DNA from: a bacterium | Lineage (GTDB): Bacteria; Hydrothermota; Tepidihabitantia; Tepidihabitantales; Tepidihabitantaceae | Assembly: GCA_046485285.1 (NCBI GenBank) | Contig: JAWOHE010000072.1 | Coordinates: 1 to 46,334 of the forward strand | Direction: 5' to 3' | DNA: 46,334 nt | Shown: positions 38,558 through 46,334 of the stretch, piece by piece | Layout: each line of letters opens with the position of its first letter | How positions within the stretch are numbered: the first letter of the stretch is position 1 | The notes under the pieces: generated by a model | What the model saw: the letters and a program-made list of their open reading frames with translations, nothing else | What the model was told of the DNA's origin: nothing | Database searches by the model: none | Translations under genes and position numbers: made by a program

Positions 38558-39709
38558 ATGAACTACTTCTTCACCGAGACACAGCAGGAAATCAGGAGCC
38601 TCGCGCGCCGCTTCGCCGAGGAGAAGATGAAGCCGGTGCGGGCCGAGCTGGACAAGACCGGCGAGTTCCCGCACGCGCTGATGCAGGAACTCGGCGAGCT
38701 CGGGCTGATGGGAGTCTACATCCCGGAGGAGTACGGCGGGCTCGGCGGCGGGATAATGGAGATGTGTATCGTCGTCGAGGAGCTTTGCCGGATTGACGGC
38801 GCGGCCGGTCTGTGCTACGCCGCGTGCGGGCTCGGCACCTACCCGATAATCCTAGGCGGGAACGAGGAGCAGAAGAAGAAGTACCTGCCCCGGCTGGCGG
38901 CGGGCGAGATCGCGGCATTCGCGATCACCGAGGCGATGGCCGGCTCGGACGCCTCGAACGTCAAGACGACCGCGCGCAGGGACGGCGAGCACTACGTCCT
39001 CAACGGCACCAAGCAGTTCATCACCAACGGCAGTGTCGCGAAGATCTACTCGGTCATCGCCTCGACCAACCCGAAGAAGGGCCCGCGCGGGCTGTCCGGG
39101 TTCATCGTCGAGGACGGCACGCCCGGGTTCAGCTTCGGCAAGATCGAGGACAAGATGGGCATCCGGTGCTCGAAGACCGCCGAGCTGGTGTTCGAGGACT
39201 GCCGGGTGCCTGTCGACCAGCTCATCGGCGGCAAGGAAGGCTACGGCTTCATCCACACGATGAAGACCTTCGACCGGACCCGGCCGGGCGTCGGCGCCCA
39301 GGCGCTGGGTATCGCCCAGGGCGCGCTCGATGAGTCGCTCGAGTACGCGAAGACCCGGATCCAGTTCGAGGCGCCGATATCGAGCTTCCAGGCGGTGCAG
39401 CTGATGCTGGCGGACATGGCGATCCAGGTCGAGGCCTCGCGGGCGCTGATTTACGAGGCGGCGCGGGCGATCGACGCGGGGATGAAGAACGCCGCGGGCG
39501 TGGCCTCGATGGCCAAGGTGCTGGCCTCGGACACCGCGATGAAGGTCGCGACCGACGCGGTACAGGTTTTCGGCGGCTACGGCTACATGCGCGAGTACCC
39601 GGTCGAGAAGATGATGCGCGACGCGAAGATAACCCAGATCTACGAGGGCACCAACCAGATCCAGCGGCTGGTCATCGCGTCCGAACTCATCAAGGGCACG
39701 GTGTGGTAG
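38558..39709 (+). CDS. Acyl-CoA dehydrogenase
   Basis: FAITEAMAGSD, LNGTKQFITNG, KMGIRCS, QVFGGYGY, QIYEGTNQIQR motifs. Confidence 0.95.
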   Translation: MNYFFTETQQEIRSLARRFAEEKMKPVRAELDKTGEFPHALMQELGELGLMGVYIPEEYGGLGGGIMEMCIVVEELCRIDGAAGLCYAACGLGTYPIILGGNEEQKKKYLPRLAAGEIAAFAITEAMAGSDASNVKTTARRDGEHYVLNGTKQFITNGSVAKIYSVIASTNPKKGPRGLSGFIVEDGTPGFSFGKIEDKMGIRCSKTAELVFEDCRVPVDQLIGGKEGYGFIHTMKTFDRTRPGVGAQALGIAQGALDESLEYAKTRIQFEAPISSFQAVQLMLADMAIQVEASRALIYEAARAIDAGMKNAAGVASMAKVLASDTAMKVATDAVQVFGGYGYMREYPVEKMMRDAKITQIYEGTNQIQRLVIASELIKGTVW

Positions 39710-39713
39710 CGCG

Positions 39714-41120
39714 ATGACGACCAGCCAGTCACCGGCTCACGACGTTGTCGTCATCGGCGGCGGGCCGGCGGGATACACCTGCGCGATCCGGCTCGCCCAG
39801 CTCGGCAAGCGGGTCGCGCTGGTCGAGCGCGACCGGCCGGGCGGGGTTTGCCTGAACTGGGGCTGCATCCCGGTCAAGGCGCTGCTCCACGCGGCGAAGA
39901 CGGTGCGTGACGCGGCCGAGGGGCGGCGGATGGGACTGCTGTTCCAGCCGCCCGAGGTGGACATCCTCGCGCTCCAGGGCTGGAAGCAGCGCATCGTCGA
40001 CCGGCTCGTGCGCGGCATCGAGTTCCTGTTCAAGGCCAACGGCGTCGAGCACGTCCGGGGCGAGGCGAAGCTGACCGGCCCGCGGACGGTCGCGGTCAGG
40101 ACCGCGGACGGCGAGCTTGAACTCACGGCGGAGGCGGTCGTGGTCGCGACCGGCTCCGAGCCGGTGGTCCTGCCCGGGTTTGAGCCGGACGGCCGGACGG
40201 TACTCGACTCGACCGGCGCGCTCGGGCTGGTCGAGCTGCCGAGACGGCTGGCGATCATCGGCGCCGGGGTGATCGGACTCGAGTTCGCGACGGTGTTCCG
40301 GCGGCTGGGGGTGGAGGTAACCGTGCTCGAGCTCCAGCCGCAGGTACTGCCCGGCACCGACCCGGAGCTGGCCGGGCTGGTCGAGAAGCAACTGCGGCGC
40401 GAGGGCGTCGGTATCCGGCTCGGGGTCCGGGTCAGCGGCATCGAGCGCGGACCGGCGGCGAAGGTGAACTACGCCCGGGACGAGCAGGCGGAAACGGTCG
40501 AGGCGGACCGGGTACTGGTCGCGGTCGGCCGGATTCCGCGCACCCGGGACCTCGGGCTCGACGCGGCCGGAGTCGCGGTCGACCGGCGCGGCTTCGTCGT
40601 CACCGCCCGCGACGGCCGGACCCGCGCGGACGGCGTCCACGCGATCGGCGACTGCCGGCCCGGGCCGATGCTCGCCCACCGGGCGAGCGCCGAGGGCGTC
40701 GCGCTGGCCGAGCGGCTGGCCGGCAACCGGCTCCGGCGGTTCCGCGCCATCCCGGACTGCGTCTACACCGACCCGGAGGTCGCGTCGGTCGGGCTGTCCG
40801 AACCGGCGGCGCTGGCTACCGGCCGCAAGGTCAGGGTCAGTCGCGTACCGCTGACCGCGGTCGGGCGCTCGCTGACACTCAACCGCAGCGAGGGGCTCTG
40901 CAAGCTCATCGTCGACGACAAGACCGACCGGGTGCTGGGCGCGGGAATCGTCGCGCCCCAGGCCGACTGCATCATCGCCGAGGCGGCGGTCGCGGTCGAG
41001 CTCGGGCTCAAGGCCGCGGAACTCGGCCGGGTCGTCCACCCGCACCCGACGATGTCCGAGCTGCTGCTCGAAGCGGCCGAGGCGATCCACGGCCGCGCCG
41101 TCAACATTGTCAACCGGTAG
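39714..41120 (+). CDS. lpdA: Dihydrolipoyl dehydrogenase
   Basis: GGGPAGY, GGVCLNWGCIP, GAGVIGLE, HPHPTMSE motifs. Confidence 0.93.
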   Translation: MTTSQSPAHDVVVIGGGPAGYTCAIRLAQLGKRVALVERDRPGGVCLNWGCIPVKALLHAAKTVRDAAEGRRMGLLFQPPEVDILALQGWKQRIVDRLVRGIEFLFKANGVEHVRGEAKLTGPRTVAVRTADGELELTAEAVVVATGSEPVVLPGFEPDGRTVLDSTGALGLVELPRRLAIIGAGVIGLEFATVFRRLGVEVTVLELQPQVLPGTDPELAGLVEKQLRREGVGIRLGVRVSGIERGPAAKVNYARDEQAETVEADRVLVAVGRIPRTRDLGLDAAGVAVDRRGFVVTARDGRTRADGVHAIGDCRPGPMLAHRASAEGVALAERLAGNRLRRFRAIPDCVYTDPEVASVGLSEPAALATGRKVRVSRVPLTAVGRSLTLNRSEGLCKLIVDDKTDRVLGAGIVAPQADCIIAEAAVAVELGLKAAELGRVVHPHPTMSELLLEAAEAIHGRAVNIVNR

Positions 41121-41790
41121 CCCGGCGCTCCTGCTCGAGCCGGGGCTCGTCGAGTACGACCGGGCGCTCGCGCTCCAGCACCGGCTGGTCGAGTTGCGCC
41201 GGCGCGGGGAGGTGCCGGATACGCTGGTCCTGCTCGAACACCCGCCGGTCGTGACGCTCGGCCGCAACGTCGACCGCCGGAACCTGCTGGTGTCGGACGC
41301 CGAGTTGGCGCGGCGCGGGGCAGCGCTCCGCAAGGTCGAGCGCGGCGGCGACATCACCTTTCACGGGCCGGGCCAGCTCGTCGGCTACCCGGTGTTCCGG
41401 CTCGAAGCCGGGGTGGTTGGCGTGCGCAGGTTCGTCGAGCTGGTCGAGGCGGCGCTGGTCCGCGCGCTCGGCGAGTTGGGCGTCGCGGCCGGGCTGCGGC
41501 CCGGGTTCATCGGCGTCTGGGTCGGGCCGGGCGCGGCGCCGAGGAAGATCGCCTCGCTCGGCGTCGCGGTCCGGCGGGGCGTGACCTTCCACGGCTTCGC
41601 GCTCAACGTCACCACCGACCTGGGCTGGTTCGGGCTGATGAACCCGTGCGGGCTCGGGCAGGTCGCGATGACCTCGGTCGAGCGCGAGGGCGGCGTTACC
41701 GACGCGCGGCGGGTGCGGGACGCAGTCGTCCGGGCGTTCGAGGCCGACTTCGGGTTGAGCTTCGCGCCGGGCGCGCTGCCGGCGCCCTAG
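41107..41790 (+). CDS. lipB: Octanoyl (lipoyl) transferase
   Basis: LEHPPVVTLG, RGGDITFHGPGQLVGYP, KIASLG, HGFALNV, NPCG motifs. Confidence 0.93.
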   Translation: MSTGSPALLLEPGLVEYDRALALQHRLVELRRRGEVPDTLVLLEHPPVVTLGRNVDRRNLLVSDAELARRGAALRKVERGGDITFHGPGQLVGYPVFRLEAGVVGVRRFVELVEAALVRALGELGVAAGLRPGFIGVWVGPGAAPRKIASLGVAVRRGVTFHGFALNVTTDLGWFGLMNPCGLGQVAMTSVEREGGVTDARRVRDAVVRAFEADFGLSFAPGALPAP

Positions 41791-42491
41791 CGGAACTTCC
41801 CGCGCAGTTTCACCTCGGCGGCGAACGGCGCGGCCCGGGCGGCCATCGCCTCGGCGTCGGCGCGCCCGGTCGGCGGCAGGTCACGGAAGGACTCGGCCGC
41901 GGCGTTGTCCGGGATGTAGCCCTGCAGGGTCCAGCGCCGCGCGCCGCGGATGGCCGGCCCGATCTCCTCGATCTCGCCCGGGCCGACGAGGCCGGGCACG
42001 AGCGTGGTCCGGAACTCGCAGTCGACCCCGGATTCGAGCAGCAGCCGGATCGACCGGCGGATGACCGCGAGGTCGATGTCGGCACCGGCGGCCCGGCGGT
42101 AGCCCGGGCCGAGCGGGGCCTTGACGTCCATCGCGACGAAGTCGCACAGGCCCTGCTCGATGAGCCGCTTGAGCGGGTAGGGGAAGCAGCCGTTGGTGTC
42201 GACCTTGACCCTGAGGCCGAGCGCCTTGATGCGGCGGGCGAGGTCGAAGACCTCGGGGTGCATCATCGGCTCGCCGCCGAGCAGGACGGCGCCGTCGAGG
42301 AAGCCCGGCCGGCGCGCGAGGACCGGCTCGACCCGTTGCCACGGGACTTCCTCGAGGCCGGGGTCGTCGCGGGCGAGGTCGCCGTTATAGCAGAACGGGC
42401 AGCGCAGGTTGCAGCCGCCGAGGAAGAGCACCGCCGAGACGCAGCCGTCCCAGTCGACGAGCGAGGTTGGGGTCAGGCCGACGACGCGCAC
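41787..42491 (-). CDS. Radical SAM anaerobic ribonucleotide reductase activating protein family (NrdG-like)
   Basis: SLVDW, GCNLRCPFCYN, GGEP, KVDTNG, AMDVKAP, EFRTT motifs. Confidence 0.88.
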   Translation of the reverse strand: MRVVGLTPTSLVDWDGCVSAVLFLGGCNLRCPFCYNGDLARDDPGLEEVPWQRVEPVLARRPGFLDGAVLLGGEPMMHPEVFDLARRIKALGLRVKVDTNGCFPYPLKRLIEQGLCDFVAMDVKAPLGPGYRRAAGADIDLAVIRRSIRLLLESGVDCEFRTTLVPGLVGPGEIEEIGPAIRGARRWTLQGYIPDNAAAESFRDLPPTGRADAEAMAARAAPFAAEVKLRGKFR

Positions 42492-42614
42492 ATCATCATC
42501 CTAGACCGCCGCGGCCGGCAGTCAAACCCGCCGCTGCGGTTGCGCGACCTTGGGCTGCGGCCGGGCCGAGGACACCTTTCCGTCCCTCAACCGTCCACCG
42601 GCCGCCTTCTTTCG

Positions 42615-42765
42615 CTACCGCTGAATCACGACTTTGCGGACCAAGGCGGCTCGTGGCTGACGGCTCGGAGCGGATGAAGTACACCCCCGGCGCGAGGTGG
42701 TGGACGTCGTTGTCGCCGGGGCGAAGGTCCATCACCCTCCGGCCATCGGAGGTGATGAGCGATGA
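42615..42765 (-). pseudogene. Orphan, frameshifted secretion C-terminal domain fragment
   Basis: SDGRRVMDLRPGDNDVHHLAPGVYFIR, then VRKVVIQR* in a shifted frame; no upstream gene body. Confidence 0.7.
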
Positions 42766-42916
42766 GCGGAGGAAAGGGCAGGGGCGGGGCGATTGCAGGT
42801 TGAGGAAGAACCTGACCACCTTCCTTTCATCCGTGTCCATCCGTGGCTACCCCTCCGTCTCCGGCATCGGCCCTTTCTTGTTGGAAGGTCCGGTCGGTTT
42901 CCGGTATGATGGTCTG

Positions 42917-43807
42917 ATGGACCACCCGGTCGTTACCGTCGGCACGAGCGGGTTTTCGTTCGCGGACTGGGTCGGGCCGGTGTACCCGGCGCGAACCCCG
43001 AAGACCCGGATGCTGGAGTACTACGAGCGGGCGCTCGGGTTCGACGCGGTCGAGCTCAACTACACCTACTACTCGATGCCGGCCGCGCGCACGATGGACC
43101 AGCTCATCGCGAAGACCGGCGCGGGCTTCACCTTCGCGGTCCGGTCGCACCAGGACATGACCCACAACATCTGGGCGGACGACAAGCGGCGGGAGTTGCG
43201 CGACGTCGGCCCGGCGTTCGCCCGGTTCTGCGAGGGCGTGCGGCCGCTGGCCGAGTCCGGCCGGCTGGGCTGCGTGCTGGTGCAGTTGCCATCGTTCTTC
43301 TGGCCGGGCCCGGCCAATGCCGACTACCTCAGGCGCCTGCCCGACCGGCTGCCCGGGCTCGAGCTCGTCGTCGAGTTTCGCAACAAGGCCTGGCTGCGCG
43401 ACGAGACCTGGCAACTGCTCGCGGAGCGCGGGCTGGGCTACTGCGTGGTCGACGAGCCGCAACTGCCGCGGCTCCTGCCGTTCGACCCGCGCCGGACCTC
43501 CGGGACCGGCTACTTCCGGTTCCACGGCCGCAACCAGGCCTGGTTCACCGCCTCGCGCGAGGAGCGCTACAACTACCTCTACTCGGCGGATGAGCTCCGC
43601 GGGTTCGTCGAGCCGGTCAAGGCGGTGAGCGCGGGCGCGCAGCGGACGTTCCTGTTCTTCAACAACTGCCACGCCGGGGCGGCCGCCCGCAACGCGCTCT
43701 TGATGAAGCAGATGCTCGGGCTGATCGAGGCGCTGACGCCGGAGCAGGCGCGGGTCGTCGAGGGGACCGCGCCGCCGGCAGGCCCGGAGCAGCTCTCGCT
43801 CGGCTGA
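42917..43807 (+). CDS. DUF72 family protein
   Basis: VGTSGFSFADW..PVYP, VELNYTYY, LVQLP, VEFR, YFRFHGRN, YNYLYS, FFNN; TATGAT 6 nt upstream. Confidence 0.92.
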   Translation: MDHPVVTVGTSGFSFADWVGPVYPARTPKTRMLEYYERALGFDAVELNYTYYSMPAARTMDQLIAKTGAGFTFAVRSHQDMTHNIWADDKRRELRDVGPAFARFCEGVRPLAESGRLGCVLVQLPSFFWPGPANADYLRRLPDRLPGLELVVEFRNKAWLRDETWQLLAERGLGYCVVDEPQLPRLLPFDPRRTSGTGYFRFHGRNQAWFTASREERYNYLYSADELRGFVEPVKAVSAGAQRTFLFFNNCHAGAAARNALLMKQMLGLIEALTPEQARVVEGTAPPAGPEQLSLG

Positions 43808-43857
43808 CGCCGCCCGGCCCGGCTTGACTCGCCGGGGGGCGGCACTATCCTCAGCGC

Positions 43858-45570
43858 GTGAAGGTCACCGTCGCCGGCTACAACATCGAGCGCGAGTTCA
43901 TCGACGCGCTCGCGCGCGACGGCGTGCGCCCGACGCCCGAGACGATCTCGGCCGCCTACGCGCGGGTCAGCCGTTCGTCGCGGAGCGTCGAGGAGCTCAG
44001 GCGCGAGGCGCGCGCGGAGTGCGAGGCCGCCCGCCGCTCGAACCGGACGATCGTCTTCGAGATGGGCCACCACTCGATCGCCGAGCACGTCGTCTTCAAC
44101 ATCGACCTCGCCGGCGTCTCCCGGCTGGCGATCGAGGCGATCGAGCACCACCGGCTCAACGCCTACACCGAGAAGTCCCAGCGCTACGTCAGCCTGACCG
44201 ACGACTACGTCCTGCCCGACGAGCTGGCCGGCACCGAGCTCGAGACGCTGTTCCACGAGACCATCCGCCAGCAGAACCGCTACTATCACTTGCTCAAGGA
44301 CCGGCTCGTCGAGTGCGCCGCGCGGCGGTGCGCCGAGCGCGGCGGCCGCGGCGAGGACTACGAGAACGTCGCCAAGGAGGATGCCCGCTACATCACCAGT
44401 CTCGCGACCGAGAGCCAGCTCGGGATGACGGTCAACGCCCGCAACCTCGAGCTGATGGTCCGGCGGATGGCGGCGCACCCGCTCGCCGAGGTCCGGGCGC
44501 TGGGCGCGAAACTGCTCAAGGAGGCCGCGGCGGTGACGCCGTCGCTCCTGCTCTTCACCGGCGCGACCGACTACGACCGCGACACCTACCCGCGGCTGGC
44601 CGAGTTCGCCCGGACCTTCATGGCCCCGGCCTTCACGCGCCGGCCCAAGAACTTCATCGTCTACTCGGCGGCCGACGTCTCGCTCGTCGACTACACGCCC
44701 AACGCCGACAACAAGCTGCTGGCCGCGGTGATGCACACGGTCTCGAAGGTTTCCTACGCCGAGTGCCTGAACCGGGTCGAGCGGCACACCCTCGCGCGCA
44801 AGAAGGAGATTTTCAAGCTCGCGCTCCGCGACATGCAGGTCTACGACGCGGTCCTGCGCGAGTTCGAGCACCTCTACGTCAGCTTCGAGCTGGTCATCTC
44901 GGCCTCCTGCTTCGCCCAGCTCAAGCGCCACCGGATGACCTCGCTGACCGTCCAGCGCTACAGCCCGAACGTCGGCTGGACGATCCCGGAATCGGTCGCC
45001 GAGGTCAAGGAACATAAGAACTTCAAGGACCTGCTCGCCCGGACGGAGGAGGTCTACAGCCGGCTCGCCGAGTTCAACTCCGACGCGGCCCAGTACGTCC
45101 TGACCAACGCCCACCAGCGCCGGGTGCTGGTGACGCTCAATGCCCGGGAGCTTTACCACCTTTCCCGGCTGCGCGAGGACGCGACCGCGCAGTGGGACAT
45201 CCGCGACATCGTCAGCCGGATGGTCGAGCAGGCGCGCAACGTGATGCCCTTGACGCTGACGCTTGCCGGGGGCAAGGACCGCTACCCGAGGGTCTACCAG
45301 GACCTCTTCGGCGCGCCGCCCGCGGTCACGAACCTGGAACTGCCGGTGCCGCAGGAACTCTGCGCGATCCCGGAGGAGCGGCCCGTCGCGGTCGAGGTCC
45401 CGGCCCGGGCGGGGGGCGTGGCGGAGCCGGTTGTCGAGCCGCCCGCGCCCGTGAAACCGCCCCGCGCCCGCAAGACCGGAACGGTGAAGGCGCGGAAGCC
45501 GAAGCGCGCGGCCGCGGCGAAGCCGGTCACGCGCAAGACCGCGGTCCCGAAGAAGCGGGCGAAGCGATGA
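43858..45570 (+). CDS. thyX: FAD-dependent thymidylate synthase with two tandem ThyX domains and a basic tail
   Basis: GHHSIAEH, HHRLNAYTEKSQRY, EDARY, NARNL; second domain LKRHRMTS, NAREL, AQWDIR. Confidence 0.85.
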   Translation: MKVTVAGYNIEREFIDALARDGVRPTPETISAAYARVSRSSRSVEELRREARAECEAARRSNRTIVFEMGHHSIAEHVVFNIDLAGVSRLAIEAIEHHRLNAYTEKSQRYVSLTDDYVLPDELAGTELETLFHETIRQQNRYYHLLKDRLVECAARRCAERGGRGEDYENVAKEDARYITSLATESQLGMTVNARNLELMVRRMAAHPLAEVRALGAKLLKEAAAVTPSLLLFTGATDYDRDTYPRLAEFARTFMAPAFTRRPKNFIVYSAADVSLVDYTPNADNKLLAAVMHTVSKVSYAECLNRVERHTLARKKEIFKLALRDMQVYDAVLREFEHLYVSFELVISASCFAQLKRHRMTSLTVQRYSPNVGWTIPESVAEVKEHKNFKDLLARTEEVYSRLAEFNSDAAQYVLTNAHQRRVLVTLNARELYHLSRLREDATAQWDIRDIVSRMVEQARNVMPLTLTLAGGKDRYPRVYQDLFGAPPAVTNLELPVPQELCAIPEERPVAVEVPARAGGVAEPVVEPPAPVKPPRARKTGTVKARKPKRAAAAKPVTRKTAVPKKRAKR

Positions 45571-45914
45571 TCCAGGTCAGCGACCTGGCCGGGCTCAAGC
45601 AGGCGGCGAAGCAGAACGCGGAGCAGATTCTTATCATCGACGAGGACCTCGCGAAGAAGGTGCTCGCCTGGCAGACCATCCGGTCGGTCGCCAACGTCCT
45701 CGTCATCGTGATTCTCGGCATCGGTATCTTCGCCTGGGCCAACCCGCTCCAGATTCCGTGGCTCGAATCGGGCACGTTCCGGCTCGTGCGCCAGGTCCTG
45801 CTCGCGGTCGGCGTGCTCCTGCTCTTTCTTGAGTACGTCTTGCCCGGGACCCGGGTGTTCAAGGTCGCGGGTCGGGACGACAACGGGCTCCGGCTGGTGA
45901 ACCGCAGGAAGTAG
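45567..45914 (+). CDS. Small hypothetical membrane protein (two TM helices)
   Basis: ATGA overlap with thyX; two hydrophobic helices; typical codon usage. Confidence 0.75.
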   Translation: MIQVSDLAGLKQAAKQNAEQILIIDEDLAKKVLAWQTIRSVANVLVIVILGIGIFAWANPLQIPWLESGTFRLVRQVLLAVGVLLLFLEYVLPGTRVFKVAGRDDNGLRLVNRRK

Positions 45915-45983
45915 CCGGGCCGGTCGGTCACTGACGGGCGGCCCAGCGGCCGCCCGTTCTCTTCGAGGGTGGGAGCGAGATGC

Positions 45984-46103
45984 GGCCGGGCGGTGGCAAG
46001 GCTTGAGAAGGGTGAGAATGACGTCCGGCATCTCGCGCCCGGGGTGTACTTCGTCCGCCGGCAGGACACCGGCGAATCCAGCCGGCTGGTGCTGACGAGG
46101 TAA
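45984..46103 (+). pseudogene. Orphan secretion C-terminal domain fragment
   Basis: GRAVARLEKGENDVRHLAPGVYFVRRQDTGESSRLVLTR*, with no start codon or gene body. Confidence 0.65.
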
Positions 46104-46150
46104 GGCTTCGGCAGACGGCCCGGAGCGCTTCGAGCCGCACCCGGACCCCC

Positions 46151-46270
46151 ACCCCCACCCGCACTCCCGGAGTTACTCCCCCAGTAACTCCCGGAGTAAC
46201 CCCCCCAGTAACTACCCCAGTAACCCCGGGAGTAACCCCGGGAGTTACCCCCGGAGTAACTCCCCCAATA
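46151..46270. repeat. 12-bp tandem array (10 units, ACYCCSSSAGTW), third copy
   Basis: Same unit type as 190-406; left end CCCCACCCGCACTCCC shared with the 31203 array. Confidence 0.9.
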
Positions 46271-46334
46271 CCAACGCCGCGGTGTCTCCGGCGAGGTAGA
46301 GAAGAACGCGGCTCTCAATCTGACTGTAATCGAC

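Noticed and set aside
42467-42916. N-terminal extension of DUF72
   Set aside because: Overlaps the nrdG-like start and an antisense CTD remnant; a promoter sits directly before ATG 42917

Overview
High-GC bacterial chromosomal window from a probable anaerobe of the FCB superphylum. The C-terminal sorting motifs suggest a WOR-3-like lineage, which is an inference. Core content: an etfB-etfA-hdrA-mvhD operon; a pccB/mmdA, methylmalonyl-CoA mutase, mce and larA cluster; an exbB-exbD-exbD-tonB locus followed by secreted CTD proteins, a TonB-dependent receptor and a PorV-family gene; two PKD/PQQ-propeller lipoproteins; an LVIVD protein; glyS, purD, acyl-CoA dehydrogenase, lpdA, lipB, an nrdG-like gene, DUF72 and a double-domain thyX. 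The most unusual signal is non-coding. A dispersed module occurs three times (about 190-590, 31203-31791 and 46151-46270). It consists of a strand-symmetric 12-bp tandem array; in two copies the array is followed by a conserved promoter/operator block and a decayed XRE-type HTH gene. Also notable: many apparently leaderless genes, orphan secretion-signal (CTD) fragments, nested REP-like palindromes and a likely deletion junction between two convergent genes. No rRNA, tRNA, CRISPR array or transposase was recognised.
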